The notes under the pieces were generated by a model. It worked only from the letters and a program-made list of their open reading frames with translations, did no database searches and was not told the origin of the DNA. A program made the position numbers and the translations under genes. A stretch of DNA of 63,990 nucleotides, the filler included, from an uncultured bacterium (lineage in GTDB: Bacteria; CAZSTA01): assembly GCA_964609495.1 (NCBI GenBank). It is 7 parts of 7 records of this genome, joined end to end, with 100 filler letters (N's around TTAATTAATTAA, not from the genome) between each part and the next. Parts side by side here need not be neighbours in the genome. Positions count along the whole stretch, not along the records: positions 9,775 to 19,442 come from CAZSTA010000137.1; positions 19,543 to 29,170 come from CAZSTA010000138.1; 5 more parts are not named here. One strand, 5' to 3'. Below, piece by piece: positions 9,942 to 20,165 of the stretch (positions within the stretch are counted from its first letter, which is position 1; each line of letters opens with the position of its first letter).

Positions 9942-11051
9942 TTAATCTTCATTAACTATATCACTTATATAAATGTGACTTGTTCCCTCATATTCCTTAG
10001 CGAAAGCTAACTTCGTCGAATCTGGAGACCACGCTGGATTCGAATCGCTACCAAAGCCAGACGATACTCGATACCTACTTTTATCTTGATCTAGATACCA
10101 AATCTCAGATTTCTGTTCGACTTTGCCCTCTTTAGACTCGACTTTAATATCCACATAGGCCAGATATTCATTATCAGGAGAAAAGATCGGCTCGAAATAA
10201 TTTTCTATCTCTGTAAAAACTTCGAGATCATTAAACTCTACATCTATCAATACAATACCGTGCATACCCGCTCCTTGAGTTACCACAGCTACTATTGCCT
10301 CTTCGGGAGACCAAGATAGCTGATCGCTCAATATTCCGTTATCTACCTCTAACTTCTCTATATTCGTTGGAAGCACTTCTCTCTTTTCGCTCCCATCAGC
10401 GTTCATAACCCATAGAGAGTTAACTCCTGCTATTCCCTCTCCCAAAGTGAAAGCTATATATCTGCCATCGGGAGACCAGCGAGGAAATATGGAATATTCG
10501 CTTAACCCCTCAAGCAATACTTCATATTCCTCGGAATTGGAGATATATTGAGCGGTACTCTCTAAGAAAGAAGCAGTCTCCATCTTCCATAAACTTATCT
10601 TATCACTTCTTCTGATGGCGAAAAGTAGATATTCTTCATCAGGAGACCAAGTAGGGTTGAGATAGGTAATACGTCTACTATTCACTATCTTTCGTAATGT
10701 CCGTCCTTCAAGATCTATAACAGCGAAAAATTTCCCCCCAGCGATTAGTAATTTATCGCTTTGAGGAGACCACTCAAGAAGTCCCACATCTTTATCGGGA
10801 CCGAAAACCTGGTGCAGTTCGCTACCATCTGCATTCATCGTCCAGATACTATTCTCGTCCTCCCAGAAGTCGATCTTTCCGTTACCGTTCGTATCAGTTT
10901 TGCGGGTGAAAGCTATAGCACTTCCCTCCGGCGACCAAAGTGGATTCATATCATAGACCAACCCACTAGTTAAAGCTATCTCGCCTCCGTAAACCGGATT
11001 AACGGAGATAATCAACAAGAAGATAATAGGAAACAATACTTTTAAAGACAT
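9942..11051 (-). CDS. TolB-like PD40 beta-propeller secreted protein
   Basis: Signal peptide, repeated P-x-WSPDG..IAF and MNADGS motifs. Confidence 0.85.
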   Translation of the reverse strand: MSLKVLFPIIFLLIISVNPVYGGEIALTSGLVYDMNPLWSPEGSAIAFTRKTDTNGNGKIDFWEDENSIWTMNADGSELHQVFGPDKDVGLLEWSPQSDKLLIAGGKFFAVIDLEGRTLRKIVNSRRITYLNPTWSPDEEYLLFAIRRSDKISLWKMETASFLESTAQYISNSEEYEVLLEGLSEYSIFPRWSPDGRYIAFTLGEGIAGVNSLWVMNADGSEKREVLPTNIEKLEVDNGILSDQLSWSPEEAIVAVVTQGAGMHGIVLIDVEFNDLEVFTEIENYFEPIFSPDNEYLAYVDIKVESKEGKVEQKSEIWYLDQDKSRYRVSSGFGSDSNPAWSPDSTKLAFAKEYEGTSHIYISDIVNED

Positions 11052-11185
11052 TTATCTCACCTCTTAAATAAATTAAAAACTAATATCAACTATTGGCATT
11101 ATGAAGCAAAAATCTTGTTTTGTCAATACTTTTCTCTTTAAGCAATTCTAATATCTCCTAAACTTAACTAATTTACTCTACTTAT

Positions 11186-11214
11186 ATTATACCAAAAAAT
11201 ATTAAATTTGTCAA
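11186..11214 (-). promoter_or_regulatory. sigma-70/A promoter
   Basis: TTGACA-17 nt-TATAAT on minus strand upstream of the TolB-like gene. Confidence 0.75.
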
Positions 11215-11265
11215 GATTATTTTTAATAATGAAATCATATTTATATACTTCCTCTGTTTTCGGTC

Positions 11266-11294
11266 TTGACAGAAGGTAAATTCAAGTGTATAAT
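11266..11294 (+). promoter_or_regulatory. sigma-70/A promoter
   Basis: Perfect TTGACA-17 nt-TATAAT. Confidence 0.8.
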
Positions 11295-11336
11295 AAAGTT
11301 CGATGGTTATTAGATATAACGAGGAGGTGGAGAAGG

Positions 11337-11876
11337 ATGAAAAGTAACAGGAGAGCTTTCCCTGGCTGGATACTGGTAATTGTAGGTATGTTATTGTTAC
11401 TTGGCAGTTTGAGAGTCATAAATTGGGGGAATATATGGCCTATATTCCCTCTAGCTGTGGGATTGGCTTTCTATGCGGGGTTCTTCGGTAGGAAAGAGAA
11501 ACCAGCAGGTTCAGTGGGATTATTGATGCCCGGAACAATTCTTATCATCCTGAGCTTGACCTTTTTCTATAGCAATATTATGGGATGGGATGTCTGGGAA
11601 AGAATATGGCCCATAGCTCCTTTCTCCGTAGGTGCTGGTTTCTTTGCTATGTATTACTGGGGGACAAAAGAGAGAGATTTATTAATCCCAGGGTGGATCT
11701 TAGTTGGAATCTCCTTAATCTCCTATATTATATTTGGTTTAGGAAGAGGAGGTAGGATTATCCTAGCCCTAGTAGTGATCGTAGCTGGAGCCCTGCTCTT
11801 GCTTGGAGCTTCTAAATCTAAGAGGGAGACTATGGAGGAGGTGAAGGAAACATCTCCTGCTGAAAGGGAGGAATAA
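11337..11876 (+). CDS. multi-pass membrane protein (LiaF/DUF5668-like repeats)
   Basis: About 6 hydrophobic segments, repeated IWP and L-x-PG motifs; ATG at 11337 follows GGAGG, while the GTG at 11286 lies inside the promoter. Confidence 0.7.
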   Translation: MKSNRRAFPGWILVIVGMLLLLGSLRVINWGNIWPIFPLAVGLAFYAGFFGRKEKPAGSVGLLMPGTILIILSLTFFYSNIMGWDVWERIWPIAPFSVGAGFFAMYYWGTKERDLLIPGWILVGISLISYIIFGLGRGGRIILALVVIVAGALLLLGASKSKRETMEEVKETSPAEREE

Positions 11877-11942
11877 GCTTATCGAGAAGGGCTCTAGGGG
11901 GATAACAGGATTTTAGAATATGGAGTGAAGAGGAGGAGGTAT

Positions 11943-12902
11943 ATGGACTATTCAAAGATCAGTGGATTCAATTATCAACCCAGTTATGGGAGTAGTGGAT
12001 TCGAGCTTTGGCAGAAGTTTGATGAGGCGATTATCGACAAGGAGCTCGGTCTTGGTAAAAAGTATTTTCCGAAGATGAATGCCATTCGGTTATGGCTCTC
12101 CTGGAATTCTTTTATTCGCAATCCAGAGCGATTCTCAAATAATTTCGAAATTGCCTTGACAATTGCCGCAAAGTATGATCTTGTTGTTATGCCCGTTCTT
12201 TTCAATCGATGGCACGATAGTGTACTCGACTACGGTGGTATCTACATCGATCACTTCCTGCCGCGAGTCAGTTGGGTGCAGAGCAAGGATATGTTCGCTC
12301 CTTATCTAGAAGCGATTGTTGGGAAGCACGCTTCAGATCCCCGCGTGTTCGCTTGGGACCTTTGCAACGAACCGTTTTCCTATTCTTGCCCGCCGGATGA
12401 TATCCCCGAAATCGTCAAAGCAGAATACGGCTGGCTTGAGGAGATATACAATACCTGTAAGCGACTCAGTGCCGAAGCCCCTATCACCGTTGGCATACAT
12501 CCTGGGCACAGGCTCAGAGGTATTCAGCAGATCGAGCCTATCAGCGATATATTGAGTATTCATCCCTACTGGACAGCGGACAGCCCACCCCATAAAAAAT
12601 CGGCCTATGAGAAGCTGTTAGACGAGTATGTCGCCTTTGCCGATGAGGTGAAGAAGCCGTTGTTGGCAACGGAGACATGCTGGGGGGCTCTTGATGATGA
12701 GAAGCGCGTGGAGATCATTCGTTATACACTAGGAGAGCTTAAAAAGCGCAAAATAGGTTGGCTTGTATATCTATTGCATCATAGCCTCATCGCAGATGCC
12801 CATCGACCGGAATTTGGACCTGTCGGGGCGCCAGGGAACTTGTTGTTCATAGAAGCCGATGACACCTTGCGCCCGGGACACGAAGTATTCAACGATTTCT
12901 AA
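11943..12902 (+). CDS. clan GH-A glycoside hydrolase (GH5-like)
   Basis: GFNYQP, MNAIRLWL, WDLCNEP acid/base motif, LATE nucleophile region; ATG after AGGAGG. Confidence 0.75.
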   Translation: MDYSKISGFNYQPSYGSSGFELWQKFDEAIIDKELGLGKKYFPKMNAIRLWLSWNSFIRNPERFSNNFEIALTIAAKYDLVVMPVLFNRWHDSVLDYGGIYIDHFLPRVSWVQSKDMFAPYLEAIVGKHASDPRVFAWDLCNEPFSYSCPPDDIPEIVKAEYGWLEEIYNTCKRLSAEAPITVGIHPGHRLRGIQQIEPISDILSIHPYWTADSPPHKKSAYEKLLDEYVAFADEVKKPLLATETCWGALDDEKRVEIIRYTLGELKKRKIGWLVYLLHHSLIADAHRPEFGPVGAPGNLLFIEADDTLRPGHEVFNDF

Positions 12903-12930
12903 AAGAAAAAATAGGAGAGGTGATAACTAA

Positions 12931-15282
12931 ATGTCGAAGAAGATAGTTAATGATTATCTTAAAAACTGGACTTCTTTTGAAAAGACCTCTAGGGGAGTAG
13001 AGTTCAGCTGTCAAACAAGTCAAGGAAAGGAAGTGCATTTCCGTTTAGAAGTAGTCTCTGAGGATATATTACGCCTCCGGATGAATCCTGGGGGTATAAA
13101 GGAGAAAAAGAGTTTCATCTTAACCGAGGAGAAATGGCCTCCTCCTAAGTTCTCCCTGGAGGAGTCTGAGAAAGCTCTAGTGGTAAAAACTGAACATCTC
13201 CATACAGAGATCAAAAAAGACCCTTGGGAGGTTTCGATAAGGGATTCTGAGGGCAGATCGGTATTCAGAGAGAAAAACGATGATTTTAACGTCTTGAGAA
13301 AGCACGAAATTTCTCCTATCGGCTACGAATACGACCCCACCCAAGATAGCTACAAGGTGAGGGAAACTATAGCCATTGGAGCTGATGAGAAATTCTATGG
13401 TTTTGGAGAGAAGTTCTCCAGTCTAAACAAGCGGGGTCAGGTGATAACCTCCTGGACAACCGATGCCCTGGGGATCTCCACCCAAAGGTCTTATAAGAAC
13501 GTCCCCTTCTTCTTAAGCACCAATGGCTATGGCCTCTTTATCCACTCAACCTATAAGATCGCCTACAATATGGGAGCCAGTTCCTTCGTCTCGTATTCAT
13601 TTGAGATCGAGGATGCCGATCTCGATTATTTTCTGATCTACGGTCCCTCTTTTAAGGCGATTCTCAAACGCTATTCGGATTTAACAGGCTATGCGCCTAT
13701 GCCTCCTAAATGGTCCTTCGGGTTTTGGATGAGTAAGTTTGGATACCGAAACAGAAAGGAGGTGGAGGAGTTAACCGACAAACTCAGGAAGCGGGATATC
13801 CCCTGTGATGTAGTGCATATAGATCCCTACTGGATGGGCGATTTCTCCCAGTGGTGCGATCTAAAATGGGACGAGGAAAGATTCCCAAATCCGAAGGAGA
13901 TGATGGCTGAACTTAAAAAGAAGGGATTTAAAATCTGTCTCTGGGAGAATCCTTATGTTCCTACAACGACCCAGATGTTCAAGGAGGGAAAGGAAAGAGG
14001 TTACTTCGTTAAGGATTCCGATGGTTCGCCTTTCCTGATAAAGGGGTGGGCGGGGGATAATAGACTTGCTGTAGTAGATTTCACCAACCCCGAAGCCACA
14101 AAATGGTACCAAGATAAGCATAGGGAACTCCTTCAGATGGGCGTAGCCACCTTTAAGACGGATTTTGGGGAGTGGGCACCTGAAGATGGATATTATTATA
14201 ATGAGATGAGGGGAAAGGAAGCCCACAATCTATATCCCCTGCTTTACAATAGAGCTGTCTTCGAAACGATAGATGAATACACTCAAGGTAAGGCTTTGGT
14301 CTGGTCCAGATCAACATACGCTGGCTCCCAGAAATACCCCGTTCATTGGGGAGGGGATTGTAGGCCAACATACAAACATATGGCGTGCCAACTCAGGGGA
14401 GGCTTAAGCCTGGGGATGAGTGGCATACCTTTCTACGGTCATGATATGGGCGGTTTCGCTGGAGAGACTAATCCTAGGCTATACGTTCGCTGGTCTCAGT
14501 TCGGTTTCTTCTCCTCCCACTCTAGGAGCCACGGCGTTACTCCCCGTGAACCATGGGAGTTTGGAAAATCTGCTGAAGATATCTTCAGGAAGTATGATAA
14601 GCTCCGCTACCGCCTGCTGCCCTACATATATTCCTCAGCGAAGGTCTCAACTATGACCGGGCTCCCAGTTATGCGCCCTCTTATACTGGAGTACCAGAAC
14701 GATCCCAATACCCATAATCTGGATTTAGAATATCTCTTCGGGGAAAGCTTCCTGGTTGCGCCTTTGTTCAGCGAAGATGACGAGAGAAGTCTCTATCTTC
14801 CAGGGGGTAAATGGATCGACTACTGGAATAAGAAAGAATACGAAGGACCCAGTTGGATCGACTATTATGCTCCTTGGGATGTCCTTCCTTTGTTTGTTAA
14901 AAAGGGAGCTATTATCCCTATGGGACCTGAGATGAGCTATGTAGGGGAGATAGAAACAGATCCCCTAACCTTGGATATATATCCAGATGAAAGCGGAGAA
15001 TTTACCCTCTATGACGAAGATCAACCGTCGATAGATATCTCCTATAGCTCTACACCCTCTGGTCTTCAATTGACTATTGGTGAACTTGGGAGGAATCTCG
15101 AAATAATTCTCAACAACCTGACTAGGCCAAAGGACGTAAAGCTTGATGGCAACAGTCTCCAGATGTGCGGAACAGATAAGGATTTTGAAGATGCTGAGAA
15201 GGCCTGGAGATATGATGGGATGAGGGTTATGATTAAAGCTAGGGTCGAAAAGAGTGCGAAACTTCTAGTTGATCTCAAATAG
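12931..15282 (+). CDS. GH31 alpha-xylosidase (YicI-like)
   Basis: YGFGEKF, YKNVPFF, FKTDFGE nucleophile, HWGGD, HDMGGF. Confidence 0.92.
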   Translation: MSKKIVNDYLKNWTSFEKTSRGVEFSCQTSQGKEVHFRLEVVSEDILRLRMNPGGIKEKKSFILTEEKWPPPKFSLEESEKALVVKTEHLHTEIKKDPWEVSIRDSEGRSVFREKNDDFNVLRKHEISPIGYEYDPTQDSYKVRETIAIGADEKFYGFGEKFSSLNKRGQVITSWTTDALGISTQRSYKNVPFFLSTNGYGLFIHSTYKIAYNMGASSFVSYSFEIEDADLDYFLIYGPSFKAILKRYSDLTGYAPMPPKWSFGFWMSKFGYRNRKEVEELTDKLRKRDIPCDVVHIDPYWMGDFSQWCDLKWDEERFPNPKEMMAELKKKGFKICLWENPYVPTTTQMFKEGKERGYFVKDSDGSPFLIKGWAGDNRLAVVDFTNPEATKWYQDKHRELLQMGVATFKTDFGEWAPEDGYYYNEMRGKEAHNLYPLLYNRAVFETIDEYTQGKALVWSRSTYAGSQKYPVHWGGDCRPTYKHMACQLRGGLSLGMSGIPFYGHDMGGFAGETNPRLYVRWSQFGFFSSHSRSHGVTPREPWEFGKSAEDIFRKYDKLRYRLLPYIYSSAKVSTMTGLPVMRPLILEYQNDPNTHNLDLEYLFGESFLVAPLFSEDDERSLYLPGGKWIDYWNKKEYEGPSWIDYYAPWDVLPLFVKKGAIIPMGPEMSYVGEIETDPLTLDIYPDESGEFTLYDEDQPSIDISYSSTPSGLQLTIGELGRNLEIILNNLTRPKDVKLDGNSLQMCGTDKDFEDAEKAWRYDGMRVMIKARVEKSAKLLVDLK

Positions 15283-15378
15283 AGAGATGCTTCGAGGTGA
15301 TAACTAGCTATCACTTCTTCTAACCTGACAGCATTTTATACTATTAGAGCTTAGGTGGGTGGGGAGGAGATATGGCAG

Positions 15379-16366
15379 ATGATCAAGAAGGAGATAATTA
15401 AGAGAGCTATACACTTCGATTTTCCCGAACGGATCGGCCTACGTTATGCCTTCGACCAAGATCGCTCGGATATAGCGCACGTAGGCTTCAAAGCAGGAGC
15501 GGATTGGAGACCAACTCGAGATAATGAGGATGAATGGGGATGTATATGGGATACGTTGGGAGNNNNNNNNNNCCTCCTTCGGTCAAGTGGTGGGACATCC
15601 CATCGCAGATTGGGATGATTATCCGGATTATAAGTTCCCCGACCCCTATGCCCCCGGAAGATTCGATGGTATAGCTGAGGTAATAGAGAATTATAGCGAT
15701 CACTATATCGCCGCAGGTATGGATATCTCTGGCTTTAATCGCTTGACATTCCTAAGGGGATACGATTGTCTATTAGAGGACTTATATCTTAATCGGGATA
15801 AGCTTTAGGAGTTAGCCGATCGTTACTTCGAGTTCGAGATGGAGATAATCAAGGGATATAGCCAATTCGATATTGATGGTATTTGGTTCGCTGATGACTG
15901 GGGAATGCAAAATACGCTGATGATATCTCCCGATATGTGGAGAGATTTCTTCAAGCCCAGATATAAGATGCAGTTCGATCTTGTTAACTCTTTGGGGATG
16001 GATGTTATATTCCATAGCTGTGGATATGTGCGAGATATCATCCCTGACCTGATCGAGATTGGAGTGGATGCCTTCAATTTAAATCAACCCAGGTTGTTAG
16101 ACATAAATGAGCTAGCGAATAGATTCAGAGGTGCTACTTGCTTTATCTGTCCGGTGGATATGCAGACTACTATGATCAAAGGCACTTCTGAGGATATTTG
16201 GAGGGAGGCCGAGGAGCTAGTTCAAAAACTTGGTAGTGCTGAAGGAGGTTTTATAGCCTGCTGTGATGAGGGAATAGATCATGGCTATGTGCCTATGGAT
16301 AATATAAGGGAGATGGGGAAAGCCTTCGAGGAATACGCTTTTTTAGCTCATACCCCTGCTGATTAG
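15379..16366 (+). CDS. uroporphyrinogen-decarboxylase/MtaA-CmuA family protein, interrupted by a 10-N gap (15563-15572) and an in-frame TAG (15806-15808)
   Basis: DEWGCIW, HPIADWDD, FLRG, ADDWG.Q..LMISP..WR.FFKP, FHSCG; ORF pieces 15524-15808 and 15839-16366 are in the same frame. Confidence 0.8.
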
Positions 16367-16462
16367 CATATATGTGATGTCTTCTTTCGAGTGCTAGATA
16401 TCTTTTTTGCACTATTATTCTACCTCTCTTTATTGTAGGCTGGGGTGATCTTGGTATCCTAC

Positions 16463-17794
16463 TCAATAGGATATATCTTTGCTCCTAGGATCTTTAAGAC
16501 TAAATGATAAAATCAAAGCCGTAGCTACAAATATCGTTACCAAGGCGAATACCGCTGAATAGGATATATATTGAACGATCAAGCCTCCAATAGCCGGCAG
16601 AATCATTATGGGTATCCCCATGCTGTTATTAACAGCTATATAACTCGGTCTCTCCAAGGGATCAGCGATCTCCAAAGTAAAATTGATAAATCCCATCCAT
16701 TCTCCCCCGATAACAACCCCTAGGATGAAGAAAATTCCCAAGTATATATACTTCACTATATTCGCCCCTCCAGATATGAGATCATAATTAACCAAGAGGG
16801 TGAGAACTAAAGCAGATAGGGGAGCGATCAACATAGAGGCAAGCACTAATTGAATAACAAGTTTATTGCTGATCTTATCACTAATATATCCCCAGATCAA
16901 GCTAGCGATAGTTTTGCCGATCATATTGAAGGAGATGAAAAGGCCGATTATTCCGGCCTCCATATTTAGAACTTCTCTAGCGTAGAGGATATAGAAAGGG
17001 AGAGCCATAGTAGAAAAGACGCCTAGCAACTTCACATATATCAGTCTGTTGAATACCTTATCCTTCCTTATTAATATCTTCAGGCTTCTCAAAAATTCTA
17101 GGAAAGAAGCCTTCCTTTCCGCTTTAAAGGGATAGATAGGTTCTTTTATTAAGAGATTGAATGAAATTCCGCTTATGAGCAGGGAAAAGCATATAAAGAA
17201 GATCCAAAAGTAATTTCTGGGAAATTCGAGAGAGGGAAGCTCTAATATATATTTGATTAAAAAACCAGCTGCGACTGCCAATAATCCCCCTAATACTTGC
17301 CTTCCTCCCAGTAATCTCCCTCGATAATTAAGTGGGATACATTTCGCTAACAAGTCTAGCCATAGAGCTCCTACTAATCCATCTCCTATATTTACGGCAG
17401 CTATAGCAAGAGTAAATGAGATGATCAGCAAGGTCGGATTCCTCATACCATAGAAATAGACTACTAATAGGAAGGGAATGAAGAAAGTTCGACCAATTAT
17501 GTTCATGATCACAATTAATAGCTTCTTCCTCTGCCTATGCCCGAAGTAACCAGCCGCAAATAGCTGAGGGGAATACCATCCTCCTAAGCGTATGGAAGAG
17601 ATTATCCCTACCATAACGCGAGAGCCACCTATAGCACTTATAAATACTGGAACTATCGTAGTCTCATGCGAGAATGCTAGGCTCAGATGGAAGAGAATCC
17701 CATCCATTAAGATCATCAGAAAATTCCGACGCAAGCTTCCCTTTACTTGCCCCTCATAATCCGCTAATAGTTCAACATCAGTTTGAGTAGCCAT
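16463..17794 (-). CDS. MFS transporter
   Basis: About 12 TM segments, WGYISDK motif-A-like. Confidence 0.85.
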   Translation of the reverse strand: MATQTDVELLADYEGQVKGSLRRNFLMILMDGILFHLSLAFSHETTIVPVFISAIGGSRVMVGIISSIRLGGWYSPQLFAAGYFGHRQRKKLLIVIMNIIGRTFFIPFLLVVYFYGMRNPTLLIISFTLAIAAVNIGDGLVGALWLDLLAKCIPLNYRGRLLGGRQVLGGLLAVAAGFLIKYILELPSLEFPRNYFWIFFICFSLLISGISFNLLIKEPIYPFKAERKASFLEFLRSLKILIRKDKVFNRLIYVKLLGVFSTMALPFYILYAREVLNMEAGIIGLFISFNMIGKTIASLIWGYISDKISNKLVIQLVLASMLIAPLSALVLTLLVNYDLISGGANIVKYIYLGIFFILGVVIGGEWMGFINFTLEIADPLERPSYIAVNNSMGIPIMILPAIGGLIVQYISYSAVFALVTIFVATALILSFSLKDPRSKDISY

Positions 17795-17806
17795 AGACTA
17801 TCCTTT

Positions 17807-19149
17807 CTAGTATAGAGATTGTAATGATGAACCCTTTCGAGGCTCCTTCAAGCCAAAGCTACAGAGCAATCCCAAGCTTGTCATAACGGTGACGATGATA
17901 AATACCGCCTCGTAGGATATATATTGGACGATCACTCCTCCGAGGATGGGCAGAAATATCAGAGGAGCACCGATACTGTTATATATTGCTATGTAACTTG
18001 CCCTATCCTCTGGTTGGCGATCTCTAAAGTATAATTCAAAAAACCCATCCATTCTCCTCCGAATATGAATCCCATAAGAAAATATACAATAAGATATATG
18101 TATCCCAAACTCTCCGCTTCGTCAGGTATAACTCCGTAATTTGCTCCTACTCCTATAAGCACAGCCGATAATGGAGTTAGCACCATTATTATGAGGACTA
18201 GCTGGATCACCAATTTGTTGCTGATCTTATCGCTAATATATCCCCACATCATACTCGAGAGCATTTTCCCTAGCATACTTGCGGAGACGAAAAGTCCAAC
18301 CATATTCGTGTTTACCCCTAAAGACTCGGTAGCGTAAAGAGCGTAGAATGGAGTAGCCATCCCGAGAAATGCACTCAATAGTTTTACTAACATTGCTCGA
18401 GCGAACATCTTATTCCCTTTGAGGATGGCTGGCAAGCCTCTCAGATATTCCATGAGACTATCGCTTTTTTTCGTCTCATAAGGAGCGAGAGGCTCTCTTA
18501 TCAATAAATTACCCAGGGTCGAGAGCTGAAGGGTAATAAAACAGAAGAAGAATATGATCGCATAATCTTGAGGAAAGGTTAAACTGGGATTTCCTAGGAT
18601 ATATTTGATTAGCAACCCAGCTAATATCGTCAATCCTCCCCCGATGATCATCCTTCCTCCTATAAGCCTTCCTCGATGGGTGGCAGGGATAGCTTTAGCC
18701 ATCATGCTAGTCCAAGGGACTCCTATCATCCCCTGCCCAAAACTGAAGATCGCAAAGACAAGGAAGAACAGTAATAACACTACATTTAGATTATCCTTGC
18801 TGTAGAAATAAGCGAAAATTACAAAGGGGAGAAAGAACAGTCTGCTTATAAATAGAGGAAGCACTACATACGGCTTATATCGCTTTTTATGTCCTATGTA
18901 GTTAGCTATGATAAGCTGAGGCAAAAACCAACCAGCCGATCTTATGGTGGTTACTGATCCTACTAATATATCAGAGCCACCAAGAGCTCTAACAAAGACA
19001 GATAAGATCGAGTTCTCCTGAAGAAAGCCCAAGCTTATATGGAAGAATACTCCATTTAACAGGAACATCGCGAAATTCCAACGAAAATTTTTGCGGACTT
19101 CCCACTTATAATCTTTTGCTGATATGATCTCTTCCTGGGCAGTTGACAT
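17807..19149 (-). pseudogene. MFS transporter paralog with a single-base frameshift near 18012
   Basis: TLEIAN|PEDRASYIA joins across frames and matches neighbour TLEIADPLERPSYIA; may be a sequencing error. Confidence 0.7.
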
Positions 19150-19293
19150 CTATTTTATCTCCAAATTAAAGATAGTGAAGCCGACTTACCTCATCTCTCG
19201 AAGAGGTATATCGGCTATAAAGACAAAATCATAATCCCTATCAAGTAGTTTCAAAATTTTTTGTCTGAGATGTTCGAGATCAAATTACGCCTT

Positions 19294-19442
19294 GAACTCA
19301 TATAAATCACCCTCCCCTAACCCCTCCCATCAAGGGAGGGGGGAATAAAGGGCTTTGGTTCAATCTCAGTGTTCCCTCTCCCCTCGTGGGTGAGGGGGGA
19401 ATTAGTCTTTAACTCCCTAACGAAGAACTAAGAATATGATAC
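19294..19442. repeat. REP-like palindromic repeat (CCCTCCCC..GGGAGGG type), copy 1, at contig end
   Basis: Close match to 57853-58013. Confidence 0.85.
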
Positions 19443-19542
19443 NNNNNNNNNNNNNNNNNNNNNNNNNNNNNNNNNNNNNNNNNNNNTTAATTAATTAANN
19501 NNNNNNNNNNNNNNNNNNNNNNNNNNNNNNNNNNNNNNNNNN
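19443..19542. other. artificial contig linker
   Basis: N run with TTAATTAATTAA. Confidence 0.97.
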
Positions 19543-19867
19543 AATCTCTTCTCTCCGAGGTGCTGATCATCCAGAATCTACCTCTTCCTATCTGCTCTAA
19601 GGCATGCCTTATCTCGCTTTGAAAGAGCACTACAATGGCTATAAGCCCCACGGTCGCCACTCGATCGAATAGCCAACTCATTAAATATAAATTGAGCCAA
19701 TTGCTGACCCCCATAGCAATAAAGAAAATAAACAGTCCTTTCATCAATTGTGTTGCTCTGGTGCCCTTGATTATCATTATCAACTTATAGAGGATAAAAG
19801 CGACAATTATAATATCGATTAGATCTTGCCATCGGATAGAAAAAATTGAATTAATAAATTGAGTTAT
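19543..19867 (-). CDS. cdaA: diadenylate cyclase CdaA/DacA, N-terminal fragment
   Basis: WQDLIDIIIVAFILYKLIMIIKGTRATQLMKG...VVLFQSEIRHALEQIGRG is typical of the CdaA TM region; start uncertain (ATA at RBS distance). Confidence 0.85.
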
Positions 19868-20165
19868 CTCAATTCACCTCGTAAAGGAAACTTTTTAACC
19901 TTATATATTTTTGCCTGCAAAAGTTACCAGAACACTTGAGCTTCTATTTGTATAAGGGGGGAGAATTTCTCCCCCAATTTATGGCAGAAGTTTCCTTTAT
20001 ATACTAAAGGGGATCTCCTTCTTCTAAATTATATCGTATTTTTCGCTTTAAGGCAAGAGAAAATATTAAAACCTCTTGACAAAAGTTCCTAAAAAGTTTA
20101 TTATTAGAGACATCGGATAGTTTTATCCATTGGATCAAAAATCGCAGTGAGGAGGGAAATAGATA

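Noticed and set aside
15563-15572. Frame changes at the 10-N gaps (also 32013-32022) as pseudogenes
   Set aside because: Placeholder scaffold gaps of unknown true length
18030-18048. U-rich slippery site as a programmed -1 frameshift in the MFS gene
   Set aside because: Similarity to the paralog continues in the original frame past this site; the break is near 18012
19294-19442. CRISPR array
   Set aside because: No regular repeat-spacer units and no cas genes; REP-like palindromes instead
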